Notes under the pieces: generated by a model | What the model was told of the DNA's origin: nothing | Databases searched by the model: none | The model's input: only the letters and a program-made list of their open reading frames with translations | Translations under genes and position numbers: made by a program | Origin: Octopus sinensis | Lineage: Eukaryota | Assembly: GCF_006345805.1 (NCBI RefSeq) | Contig: NC_043013.1 | Span: forward strand, 50,468,001-50,532,000 | Direction: 5' to 3' | Length of the DNA: 64,000 nt | In this document: positions 48,361-60,546 of the stretch, one piece after another | Layout: every line of letters starts with the position of its first letter | How positions within the stretch are numbered: the first letter of the stretch is position 1

Positions 48361-49070
48361 TCATCATCGTTCTGACTGTTGGCAGCATCTCTCTCTTCCT
48401 CCTCCATCATCATCGTCATCATCATCATTGTCATCATCATCATTATCATTAGCAGCAGCAGCAGCGGCAACATCATCATTATCATCGTCATCGTCGTCGT
48501 TGTCGTCCTCGTCATCATTTTCACCTTCATCATTTTCATTGTTGTCGTCGTCATCATCATCATCAATATCACCATCACCACCACCACCACCACCTCCACC
48601 ACTATCACCATCATCATCGTCATTATCACTGCCATCATTGTTGACATTGTCATCATCATCATCTTCATCTTCATTGTTGCTGTTGTCATCACCATTATCA
48701 TCATTACTACTACCACCACCACCACCACCATCACCCCCCACACACTGACACCCCCACCACCACAACCACCACCACTACCAACACCACTACCATCACCACC
48801 ACCTCCGCCATAGCAACCACGACCGCCACTGCCATGGCTACCACCACCACCACCACCACGGCCACCACCCCCACGGCCACCACCCCCATGGCCACCACCA
48901 CCACCATCACCACCACTGCCACCACCACCACCATCACCACCACTGCCATGGCCACCACTGCCACCACCACCACCACCACCACCACCACCACTACCACTAC
49001 CACTACCACCACCACCACCACAATCACTACCCCCCACACACTGACACCTCCACCACCAACAACAACAACC
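48361..49070. repeat. (ATC)n then (ACC)n microsatellite
   Basis: Directly visible. Confidence 0.95.
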
Positions 49071-49574
49071 TCATCCTCATTTAAAACGCCATCTGTAAAA
49101 GACTAGTGTGTCTTTTCTGGCCAACAACATATGGATTTCAAAAATTAAAAAAACAAAAAAACACTACGAAACAACCAAACCAACATAAAAAAAAAGGCAA
49201 GAAAGGAACCCCTTCTTTTCTTCCCCCTCCGTTCCTCCGCTGCCTTTTTTCTGTTTTCACAGACAATTAGAAAACACTAAAATCTGGCTTTTATACACAC
49301 ATTACTTATTCTACATTAACAGGTCACTTTCTTTTAGTTTAGTATTACTTAACCCCTTCTCTGGGTCTCTCTTTATTTTGTCTTTTCTTGGCGGCAGGGG
49401 GAGGGTGGGGTACTTTTTCTTTTCACCTTTTTTTGTTTTTTCCAGTCTTTTTCTTTTCTTTTTGTTGTTGTTGTTGCAACCACCCCCTTTTAAAAATAAT
49501 ACTTTTGAAGAAGCAACAGATGTTTGTCACCCTCAGTGAAGGAAAAATAAATAAACAAATATAAATACTTACAA

Positions 49575-49886
49575 ACATATACATATATATATATATATAT
49601 ATATATTAGACATATACATATATATATATACATATAGACATATACATATATATATACATATATATATACATATAGACATATACATGTATATATACATATA
49701 TATACATATAGACATATACATATATATATATATATACATATAGACATGTACATATATATATATATATATTATATATATATATATATATATACATATAGAC
49801 ATATACATATAATATATATATATATTATATATACATATAGACATATACTATATATATATATATTATATATATATATACATAGAGAC

Positions 49887-49925
<39 letters not shown>

Positions 49926-49928
49926 GAC

Positions 49929-49971
<43 letters not shown>

Positions 49972-50259
49972 GACATATACATATATATTATATATATATA
50001 TACATATAGACATATACATTATATATACATATAGACATATACATATAGACATATACATATATATATATACATATAGACATATACATATATATATACATAT
50101 AGACATATACATATATATATACATATATATATACATATAGACATATACATATATATATACATATAGACATATACATATATATATATATACATATATAGAC
50201 ATATATATACATATATAGACATATATATATATAGACATATATATATATATATAGACATA

Positions 50260-50314
<55 letters not shown>

Positions 50315-50437
50315 ATATATATATATATATACATATATATATACATATAGACATATACATATAGACATATATATATACATATAGACATATATATATAATA
50401 TATACATATATATATATATAATATATATATATATATA
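49575..50437. repeat. (TA)n with recurring catatagacatata unit
   Basis: Directly visible. Confidence 0.95.
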
Positions 50438-50632
50438 GGGAGAGAGAAAGAGAGAGAGAGAATTTAAACAATAAATAACTTGACTAAAATAAATAAATTG
50501 AAAATAGGTAAATATAATGATGATGATGATGATGACGATGACAATGGCGATTATGACAATGATAACAATAACGATAGTAATAATGGTGATGATAATGATA
50601 ATAATAATAATATTGATAATAATAGCAGCAGC

Positions 50633-50669
<37 letters not shown>

Positions 50670-51467
50670 TAGTAGTAGTAATGATGACGATGATGATGAT
50701 AATAATGATAGTAACAATTGTAAACTGAAAAATAAAACAGAAAGAAAGAAAAAGAAGTGTTTTTAACATAATTTTAATAATACTTTGAGACAAGAAATGT
50801 TTGAGTTTTTATTTATTTATTTTGTTCTCTCCAAGATTAAAAAGAATAATTAGTTTATAAGATGAGTGAAGAAACCATTAATGAAAAATATGGTAACGAT
50901 ATTCTTGCCAGGTGTAGAATTCCTCTGAAAAATATAATCAGACAAAAAAAAAGTGAAAGAAATAAAAAAAAAAATGAAAAAAAAAGCCACCACCCTGCCC
51001 TTCACTCCAAGAAAAATACAAAAAAAAACCTCTAAAAGAAAATAGAAAAAAACCCTTAAGAACTTGTCAAAGACAGAAAGAGAGAATGGCAAATAATAAA
51101 AAGATGGCACTACAGGTCCCTACCCCTCCATCTTGTGTTCTTGCATTTATGTTTTTTGTTTATTTTATTTATTTCGTTTTGATTTTCAATTAATGTCAAA
51201 CAAGAATGCTGTTTGGTAATTTGTTTATGGAATCACCTTAAAGTCATGGAAAAATCTTCACCTGGTGGTTAGTGGCTGTGATGATGATGACGATGATGAT
51301 GATGGATCTGTGTGTGTGTGTGTGTGTATTGGAAGTTTGATGTAGGTCAGTGTGTCTGTAGTAGCACCAGATTATCACATATAGAGATTATAGACAACAT
51401 TTCATATACAACCCCTAATTAGGTTGCTGTGAACCATATCCCTCTGCTGGAACAACTGGGACCATGT

Positions 51468-51774
51468 AGTAAAAATTGCTTGCCAACATAACATGGCAGT
51501 CCTTGTTTAGGACGAATGTTGCTGTAATTTAGCCCCAGGGGACATTGTCTCCAGCTGGCTATACGACATGATCTGTGCCCTTATATTTTCGAACAAGGGC
51601 ATCTAGCACCCCCACTTAGCTCAAAACAATATCCGTGTATTGCGATTTCCAGGTCATATAAGGACACAGATCGTGTTGTATAGCCAGCTGGAGACAGTGT
51701 CTCCTGGGGCTAAATTGCAGCAACATTCGTCCTAAACCAGGACTGCCATGTTATGTTGGCAAACAATCGTTACT
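51468..51774. repeat. Inverted repeat / MITE, arms about 115 bp, spacer about 70 bp
   Basis: ttgccaacataacatggcagtccttgtttaggacgaatgttgc...ccttata mirrored at 51657-51774. Confidence 0.85.
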
Positions 51775-51939
51775 TCAAAGTACTGTTGCTGAATATCTCA
51801 CATTGGGCGATTTAAAAATAACTGGGACCATCTATTCATTCTTAAGGATGACAGATGACTTATGAAGTGATTTTGTTTAAAGTGAAGAAGAGTTGTCCAC
51901 CTTCTCCATCGCTCTCTTATCTGTGACCATTTGCAGTCC

Positions 51940-52162
51940 AGGGGCACTGGTGCTGGTGCTATGAAAAAAGCACCGGAGCTGGCACCATAGAAAAAGCACG
52001 CAGTACACTCAGTAAAGTGGTTGGCATTAAGAAGGGCATCCAGCTGTTGAAGCCATGCCAAAACAGACTATGGGACCTGGTGTGGCTCCTGGCCTTGCCT
52101 GCTCCTGTCAAACCATCCAACCCATGCCAGCATGGAAAATAGATGTTAAATGATGATGATGG
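51940..52162 (+). mobile_element. SINE family C ((TGA)n-tailed)
   Basis: gtggttggcattaagaagggcatccagctg...ccaacccatgccagcatggaaaa..gatgttaaatgatgatg. Confidence 0.75.
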
Positions 52163-52377
52163 TGGTGGGAAGACCAGGTCAAGATAACTGGGGATGGAGA
52201 CAGATGCAATGTATAACCACGCTGTCTTACTTGCCTCTTCTCACTCCCTGCATCCCACAATGCATTGCTGCAACCACCTTACTGGCATTCAGGTATCAGA
52301 TCTCAGATCCAGTCTTCATTTGCATATGTAGGCCAGCTGCTCTTAACCCTCTTTATTACTGAGAAGATAAAATGAGT

Positions 52378-52662
52378 TCCTTATTTCTTTATTGCCCACA
52401 AGGGGCTACACACAGAGGAGATAAACAAGGACAGACAAAGAGATTAAGTCAATAACATCGACCCCAGTGCATAATTGGTATTTCATCTGTCGCTATGTTC
52501 TGAGTTCAAATTCTGCCAAGGTCGACTTTGCCTTTCATCCTTTCAGGGTCGATTAAATAAGTACCAATTACGCACTGGGGTCGATGTTATCGACTGAATC
52601 CCTTTGTCTGTCCTTGTTTTCCCCCCTCTTTGTTTAGCCCCTTGTGGGCAATAAAGAAATAA
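52378..52662. mobile_element. SINE family B 3' part preceded by an inverted copy of its own tail
   Basis: 52378-52480 is the reverse complement of 52560-52662, sharing the caataaagaaat tail variant. Confidence 0.8.
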
Positions 52663-52929
52663 ATATTATCACCTAGAGCCATTAAACTGTTACAGATCAA
52701 TGTTATCACATAAGACCTTTAAACCGTTATACACCTTTGTTATCACTCACAGTCATTAAACAGTTATATACCAGAACTATCATGAAACCATTTAACTGCT
52801 GTATAACAGTGCTATCAGCTAACAAAGAAATGGACAGTAGCCTTGATATTTATTCATCACAACTGAGTTGTCTTCAAATATACAAACTATATTAATGTAT
52901 ACGTTGCTACAGAGATAGAATACAAATTA

Positions 52930-53776
52930 TTGGGTCATCCCATAAATAATGCGGTTTTTTCAATTGCATAAATTAAAAGTTGGAGGTGGGGTGGGATAAA
53001 TTACTTGCTATAAAAGCAGGTAGTAATTTTACCTTGTTTTTATTCTTAGTGCAAGTTTTGAAGAGTGCAATTCAATTTTTAGTTATTTTTTCAAAGCTAT
53101 AATGATAAAGGAGTATCATTTACTTTATGTGTTCAGTAAAGGCAACAATGCAACGTAAAGTGTGAGGAATATTAATGCAGTACATGGGGATTGGACAATA
53201 AGTGTAAGCCAGTGTCAATGGTGGTTCGAGAAATTCTGAGTGGGAAACTACAGCCTAGAAGATGAGGCTTGTCCTAGAAGACCTGTAGAGTTCAATGAGG
53301 ATGTCCTGCAAACCCTGGTGGAACAAAATCGTAACTGTTGAGGAACTAGCAGAGGAGCTTGGATTTGGTCATTCAGCCATTCATCAACACCTGCATACCA
53401 TCGGAAAATGACCTTCTTTGGTTTCAAGACAAAAGGTGTTCTTCCATCAGGATAATGTTCAACCACATACAGTGAGGATGACATTCTAATGGCTGGAGCA
53501 GTTTAAATGGGAAGCAATGCCCTATTCACCATATTCATCAGACATTGCCTCATCTGATTATCATTTATTCTGCAGTCTTCAAAATAATTTGGAGCATTTT
53601 TCGTCATGGACAAGTGAATTTTGGAAGAGGAGCCTTGCAAGTCTACGAGATAGATGGAAGAGCATTGTGGAAAATGAAGGAGAGTATATTTTAGATTAAA
53701 AAAGAACTTTGTTTATCTTTACTTTGAAAAATAAAAGAAGTATAAAAAAACCCACATTATTTATGGGATGACTCAA
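52930..53776 (+). mobile_element. Internally deleted mariner (DD34D) transposon
   Basis: TIRs ttgggtcatcccataaataatg / cattatttatgggatgactcaa with TA flanks; WFEKF..G.YSLED, HQDN..PH, YSPYSSDIASSDYHLF, W..IVENEGEYILD*. Confidence 0.9.
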
Positions 53777-53905
53777 TATATTAAGCAATAAAAATTTGTA
53801 CAGGGTCAAGGAGTCACTAACCAATTGAGTTATGGCACAACCTAAATCATATGATGGGCAGAAAGGATAATAACAACAGGACTGATCGTTGCCAGAGCAG
53901 TTAAC

Positions 53906-54170
53906 TAGCTTCTGTGCCGGTGGCACATAAAAAGCACCATTCGAGCATGATCGTTACCAGTACTGCCTGACTGACCCTTGTGCTGGTGGCACGTAAAAGC
54001 AGCCACTACACTCTCGGAGTGGTTGGCATTAGGAAGGGCATCCAGCTGTAGAAACTCTGCCAGATCAAGATTGGAGCCTGGTGCAGCCATCTGGTTCGCC
54101 AGTCCTCAGTCAAATCGTCCAACCCATGCTAGCATGGAAAGCAGACATTAAACGATGATGATGATGGTGA
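53906..54170 (+). mobile_element. SINE family C
   Basis: gtgccggtggcac...gtggttggcattaggaagggcatccagctgtagaaac...(tga)n. Confidence 0.85.
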
Positions 54171-54759
54171 TAATAACAACAGGAACTTTCACTTAGTATG
54201 TAGGATATTTCTGCAATGGAATAAGATGCTAGATTAATACAAGGTTTGGAAAATTGGATCAGACAATAAACAGGTGGAATTGTTAGAACATAGGGAAAAT
54301 GTTCTTTGTGGCGATTGTTTTGGCTCTGTACATGGGGAGTTCAAATTCCACTCAGGTCAACTATAAGATGATGAGCTGGCAGAATTATTAGTATGCTGGA
54401 CAAAATGCTTTTGGGCATCTTTATGTTGTGGTTTTGTTAGAATGTGTTTATAATGTGTGGAATCCTCTGTCCCCTTTGTTATGTTCTTATCACCACTATT
54501 ATGTTGTGGTGAGTTCTGCATCTTCTATCTTTGACTTGTCTATCATGCTATCACTGAGAGCTCCACAAGACAATGACTGGCAACGTCTACCTTGACAGTG
54601 ACTCAAACTTCTATGTATCACATAACTGACACTGACTCCAGCTGAGAACTCGTACAACGACTCTACTACTACTACTACTGCCGTCTACAACGACTGATAC
54701 CTGACTTTATAGTGGCTGGTTCATATCACTTTGTCACTAGGCAGGGGAGTACCATTTTC

Positions 54760-55130
54760 ACTACAACAGATTTCAAATTCTGCTCAGGTCGACTTTGCCT
54801 TTCATCTTTTTAGGGGTGATGAAATAAATAACAGTTGGGCACAAGGGTCAATGCTCTTCTCCAAAATGTCTGGCCTTGTACCTATGGTGGAAAGAATTAT
54901 TACCAAAAGGCAATGAGCTGGCAGAATTGTTAACACCCTGGACAAAATGCTTAGCTGCATTTCATCCGTCTTTACATTCTGAGTTCAAATTCTGCCATAG
55001 TCAGACTTTGCTTTCCATTCTCTCAGGGTCGATGAAATATGTACCAGTTACATACTGGGGTCCAATGTAATTTACTAGCCCTCTCCCTACAAAATTTCAG
55101 GCCTTGAGCCTTTAATAGAAAAGGGGATTT
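54760..55130 (+). mobile_element. Two SINE family B units in tandem
   Basis: Two cores ttcaaattctgc...gtcgactttgcctttcatc joined by gaaagaattattacc. Confidence 0.75.
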
Positions 55131-55274
55131 AGAGAGGGGATATCTATGTATATTTAATCTTAATCCACTTAGAATTAAATACTTTGAGGTAGATAATTAT
55201 TTCATTTCTGGGTAGAGTCAAGCTCTGTTAAGAAGACATTAGCAAATGATATCCAACTTGTAATTCAACAGCTT

Positions 55275-55615
55275 AATAATTTGATCAACCGTGATAGACT
55301 GTTAAAACAAAATGTTAAGTTGATTAACTCTGTGCTAAGTTAATTAACTAATAATTTGATCAACTGTAATTAACTGATAAAACAAGAATCTCTGGTGCAA
55401 TCAACCAAAATAATTTGGTCCATTATGATGCCGTGATCACCTGTGATCAACTGTTAAAACAAAATGTTAAGTTGATTAACTATGATAAGTTAATTAACCG
55501 GTAATTAAGTCAACACTGATCAATGGTTAAACTAGAAACTTTAAGTCAATCAACCGAGATGATTTGGTCCATTATGATAATTTGATCAACTATGCTACCT
55601 TGTGATCAACAGCTC
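55275..55615. repeat. Degenerate minisatellite, about 150-bp period
   Basis: ctgttaaaacaaaatgttaagttgattaact at about 55298 and 55451; atttggtccattatgat at about 55412 and 55562. Confidence 0.75.
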
Positions 55616-56121
55616 TACGAATCTAAATTATTTGTCATCAGTTAAAATCGTTTTTGTGTTAATTTATTATTTCTCTCATTTCTAATGAATATTTATGTTC
55701 CATGTTCTATTTCAGTCGTTTGGACTGTGGCCATGCTGGTGCAATGTCTTGGATGATCATACTCGAACAAATTTCCCCCAATAAAAATTGTTTTTTATTA
55801 TTCTGAGTCTGATAATTATTTTATCAATCTCTTTTGCTGAACCACAAGTGTATGGTAAGCAAAGTAACACTGACTGTAAGCTGTGGGGATGTGTATGTGA
55901 CAAACACAGACATAAAGACATATATATTATAAAAATAATTTCAATGACATGATTAGTGAAAGTGAAACCGGTTGACAATCACAATACTCTTTCACTTATA
56001 AAATATATTAAAACTATGTAAACTGTGTGCATTTTCCTTATTTTTTTTTATGTATATATTTTGCATTACAACTCATCACGTGGGGATAATAAAAATTCTC
56101 CTTGAGAATTTTTATTATCAT

Positions 56122-56323
56122 AAAAAAGCATCATTCGAGCGTGGTTGATGCCAGTGCTGCCTGACTAGCTCCTGTACTGGTGACATGTAAAAATCACCCA
56201 CTACACTCTCAGAGTGGTTGGCATTAGAAAGGGCATCCAGCTGTAGAAAACTTGCTAGATCACATTGGAGCCTGGTGCCAACATGGAAAGCGGACGTTAA
56301 ACAATGATGATGTTGATGATGAT
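56122..56323 (+). mobile_element. SINE family C
   Basis: cccactacactctcagagtggttggcattagaaagggcatccagctgtagaaa...ggaaagcggacgttaaacaatgatgatg. Confidence 0.8.
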
Positions 56324-56495
56324 GGTATATTCACCTAAATATATACACTTACTTATAAAGCTCTCCATACATGAATAAATTCTAAACAATAGCATTACCC
56401 CAAATGTAATCAATAAACATTTCTCCAAAACACCTCTCCATAACAATCCACCCTAACACCTAATTACCACTCTACCCAAACCCACATACTCCAAG

Positions 56496-56617
56496 GAAGA
56501 TTTTAATTCAATAGAGACTGTATAAAACCAAGATTAACTTCAATGGATCAGAGTCTGAAGATTTTAATTCAATAGAGACTGTATAAAACCAAGATTAACT
56601 TCAATGGATCAGAGTCT
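56496..56617. repeat. Perfect 61-bp tandem duplication
   Basis: gaagattttaattcaatagagactgtataaaaccaagattaacttcaatggatcagagtct x2 (56496-56556, 56557-56617). Confidence 0.95.
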
Positions 56618-56653
56618 GATGATGGCTTAACTGGCCAAAACTTCGAAGTCACT
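56613..56653 (+). ncRNA. Minimal hammerhead-like motif, G12>A mutated
   Basis: agt CTGATGA T GGC ttaactg GCC aAAAC TTCGAA GTC act: palindromic stem III ACTTCGAAGT, GUC triplet. Confidence 0.5.
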
Positions 56654-56772
56654 GTCAAAAATATTTTTGTAAAGAATAAATTTGTATTCTACAAAAGTAT
56701 AAAATAGTCCAAAAGTATAAAGTAGTTTAATGTAAAACTGGTTTTGTTATAATTGATCATAAAAACAAACAT

Positions 56773-57205
56773 ATACACACACACACATACATACACACAT
56801 ACATACATACACACACACATATACAAACACATACACACAAGCAAACACAGATATATATACAGATATACATCCATACATACACACACACACATGCACACAT
56901 ACATACACACATACGCATACATTCACACACATACATACAAACATACATGCACACATATGTACATATATACACACATACATATACACATACATACACACGC
57001 ACATACATACACAGATTCATACATACATACACACACATACATACATACATACATACATACATACACACATACACACAAGCATACATGCACACGCATACAC
57101 ACATTCATACATACACACACATACATACATTCACACACATACATACAAGCATACACACGCAGATACATACATACATATACACACACATGCATACACACAT
57201 ACATA
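56773..57205. repeat. (ACAT)n/(AC)n compound microsatellite
   Basis: Directly visible. Confidence 0.95.
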
Positions 57206-57610
57206 TGTAGCAAGACCAAATTCTATTACAGCATGTTGGAGTCAACTGGTCTTTTATAGGCTCCACATGTTAATCCGTAACGATTGGTCGTCTGACCTGT
57301 CATGTGAGCCTGGAACATTTGGTTGAGTTCTGCATTTTGATTGGTCAAGTATTGCGTGGGATTGGATCTTGGATCCGATCACTTTGTCTATAACACATTT
57401 AAAACAACTAACCTGAATCTAGGATGGAACTTGCTTCGGTTCGTATATTGAGTTAACAAAACAACCCTGACAGAAGGGTGAGGGACTTTCACGAAGGCGA
57501 GTCATGTCATTTTCCTGTCATTGTAACGAAGCATACATAACCAACAATAGCCAGAGCTGAATTATTTAAACGATGGATGAACTATACAACCACCAGAATC
57601 TGTGATGTGT

Positions 57611-58021
57611 GTAAGGCGGCAAGCTGGCAGAAACGTTAGCACGCCGGGCGAAATGCTTAGTGGTATTTCATCTGTCGCTACGTTCTGAGTTCAAATTCCG
57701 CCGAGATCGACTTTACCTTTCACCCTTTTGGGGTCGATTAAATAAGTATCATTTACGCACTGGGGTCGATATAATCGACTTAATCTGTTTGTCTGTCCTT
57801 GTTTGTTCTCTCTGTGTTTAGCCCCTTGTGGGTAGTAAAGAAATAGGTATTTCGTCTGCCGCTACGTTCTGAGTTCAAAATTCCACCGAGGTCGACTTTC
57901 CCTTTCATCCTTTCGGGGTCGAATGGATTATTGGGGTCAATGTAAATGACTTAATCCATTTGTCTGTCCTTGTTTGTCCCCTCTATGTTTAGCCCCCTGT
58001 GGGCAATAAAGAAATAAAATA
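57611..58021 (+). mobile_element. SINE family B monomer plus partial second unit, 16-bp TSD
   Basis: agaatctgtgatgtgt at 57595-57610 and 58022-58037; restart aaatag|gtatttcgtctg at 57845/57846. Confidence 0.9.
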
Positions 58022-58192
58022 AGAATCTGTGATGTGTTTATTTGATTCACAGTATTATTTAGTGGAGAAATAAAGTCACGCTGCTATTTCTAAAGTTTGT
58101 TTCTTGTATTATTTCCACGGGTGAACACGCAACACGTTATGTAAGGGCATGCAAGATTCCATAATAAAACGAAGGGAGACTTTATACCTATA

Positions 58193-58341
58193 CATGGGGC
58201 TGGCCTTAGGGTTGCTGGTGCTCCAGGCGTGCTGAACTTTGGTGCCCTCACAAGTATAATCTTTAAAAACTTTCTCAAGGAGAAAAACTGAAAATGTAGA
58301 CTAAGAAACACATGGGGCCCCGGGCAACTGCCCGAGTTTCT
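58193..58341. mobile_element. Decayed MITE (cagggccggc-type ends)
   Basis: ggggctggccttagg ... ggggccccgggcaactgccc ... gagctggccctg. Confidence 0.45.
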
Positions 58342-58546
58342 GGTACCTTGAGCTGGCCCTGACTATCCAGCTTAAACATACATACATACAAGACAAGCTT
58401 CCATACAGTTTCTGTCTGTCAAATTCATTCACGGGGCATTGGTTGATCTGAGGCTATAGGAAAAAAGACACTTGCCCAACGTTGCATGCCGTGGGACTGA
58501 ACCAGAATCCATGTGGATGCAATGTAAGTTTCTTAACCCCACCTCC

Positions 58547-58706
58547 AACTAACGTAGCTGGCGGGGTGCGGTGGGGGTGTTGGTGCGGTAGGAGCGGTCC
58601 ACTCCGGGCGGCACTTTTTCAAGGGTGGCACTTTTGCGTCTGCTGTAGGCAGTATGTTTCTTTTTGCGGGGTCTCAGGGCGGCATACACTCTAGCTACTC
58701 TACTGC
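58547..58706. mobile_element. Decayed GC-rich MITE (cagtggcgtagc-type ends)
   Basis: aacgtagctgg ... gggcggcactttt ... gggcggca ... ctagctactctactg. Confidence 0.45.
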
Positions 58707-59034
58707 CCTCTCCCCTACAATTTTATAATTAAGTATTTTTATAAATCTCGAAACTGAAGCCTTGGTAATATTCTTGAACACCATCTTAATGTCCATACTG
58801 TCCGGAACTCGGAAATATACGATGCCAGAATTTGAATTTTACACTTTTTGTTACGATAATCCCCGTCAGATCTTTTCCACTCAGCTTAACACAGATTAAG
58901 TTTGAAGGGTGTTTATCACATTCGTTTCAGAACTACAGAATATATTAAATCCAAGGTTGCTAAACGCTCAACGACGTTTAATAAGGCAATGGTGGAACAT
59001 ATTCGAAAAGTTTAATTAAGCAACACAAAGAAGT

Positions 59035-59460
59035 AATTGGAATATTTAATAGTGAAACAAGTTCGAGTGTTAGACGTTCGCCAAAACTTAACTATGGAAC
59101 GAAATCAAAGACATAATTGGATTACTCAACAATGAAATAAGTTTTGAGTATCAGACATTCGACAACGTTAAGTAAGGAACGAGATCAAAGGCATAATCGG
59201 AATATTTAACAATGCATCAAGTTTGAGTGTTCGATGGCTTTAAACTCCAACAATGAAGCAAAATCAAAGACACAATCGGAATATTCAACAATGAAACAAG
59301 TTCGACAATGTTAAGTATAGAGTGCAATCCATAATATGTCAAGTATTACACGCTTGACATTTTAAACTATGAAATGCGATCCGTGATATAATCGGAATAT
59401 TTAGCAATGCAATATGTTCGAATATTAGACTGTAGCGACAAAATATTTCGTTGACTGATA
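59035..59460. repeat. Minisatellite, about 80-bp unit, 4-5 diverged copies
   Basis: aat(t/c)gg unit starts at 59035, 59115, 59195, 59274 and 59390; related sequence at 61420-61530. Confidence 0.85.
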
Positions 59461-59661
59461 GAAGAAAAATACAGAAATATTGATTAATCGCAAACAAAAA
59501 ATGTGGTAGAAAAACGTTATTCACACCTGGTGAATCAGTTTGTGTGTGTGTTCGTACGAGATGAATACGTTAGCAATGATAGCAGGTTGTGGTGGTCATT
59601 GTATTATGTAGTCGAAACCAAGCGGCAGAAGTTCCTGCAGCAAGTTGACTTTAAACGGATA

Positions 59662-60056
59662 CTAGCAGTATAGCCCGGCGTTGCTTGGATTTGTTTCGAC
59701 CCTTTAGAATTGGAATTTTTGGAAAGTAAAAAATTTGCATTATGTAGCTTGTTATTCTCTTTAAGTGAAGGTTTTCCTGGTTGAAATACACCGAAAATGG
59801 CGACACAGCAGTAAAAAAATCGTAAAAAATAGGGATTTTCAAAGAAAAAAAAAGCACCTTTTTGATATAAATAATTTTTGGTTTTAACATGGTCCGATTT
59901 GAATTTTATCTTCTACGGTATGAAGAGCAAGCCTTCTTCTATCATAATCTCAATTTTGGTCAAGTTGCGCCGCAGGGTCTCGGAGGAGATAGTGTTAGTT
60001 GAAGGCTACCAAACCTGCCATACACACACAGACAACTTCAGCTTTATATATATAGA
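59662..60056 (-). mobile_element. Non-autonomous Helitron
   Basis: Reverse complement starts a|TCtatatatataaag and ends caagcaacgccgggctatactg CTAG|t; same 3' end as 14429-15231. Confidence 0.8.
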
Positions 60057-60546
60057 TTACGACTACTGATTAGTTACCATATAAAATGATCTATATATGC
60101 TTAATGGTCTGTTCAAGAAAAGTCGCTAAATACAAAATCGTTAATGTCATATATTTTTTTACACAAATTGGGATTCTAATGGGTTAAGTAAGCATCTGCA
60201 GGGTCTACAGTGTTTTCGCTGGTCAGCCACACAACCGATAAAAACAAATTATTAATAAATATAATTAATAGTGTCAAAAACAGCATTAATATCAAAAGCC
60301 AATCTTTAATTTCCAACTTAACGTAGTGGTAGTGTTAAAATACAGAGTCTCGCGTTATTTACCTCGAGAGAATCTCTCATGAGGACTCGTGATGCATAAA
60401 AGTACTCGTAATTTTATCATTGACAGACGAGAATCATCTGCTACGCCACCGGAACTGCCAGGTCACGTTATTTCACCCTAGTATTGGCTCTTCAGTGACA
60501 GATATCCACTAGCGACATAACAGCCGAATTTCCCGTCAATGATTTA

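Noticed and set aside
46892-49039. His-, Ser- and Gly-rich ORFs of 200-470 aa
   Set aside because: Trinucleotide microsatellites; no supported exon structure
57463-57515. Hammerhead-like ctgacaga...gtga/tcac...gaagg
   Set aside because: Core too degenerate (spacing and GAAAC both broken) to support
59035-59460. CRISPR-like regularly spaced repeats
   Set aside because: Whole 80-bp units are homologous (no unique spacers), no cas genes, eukaryotic context
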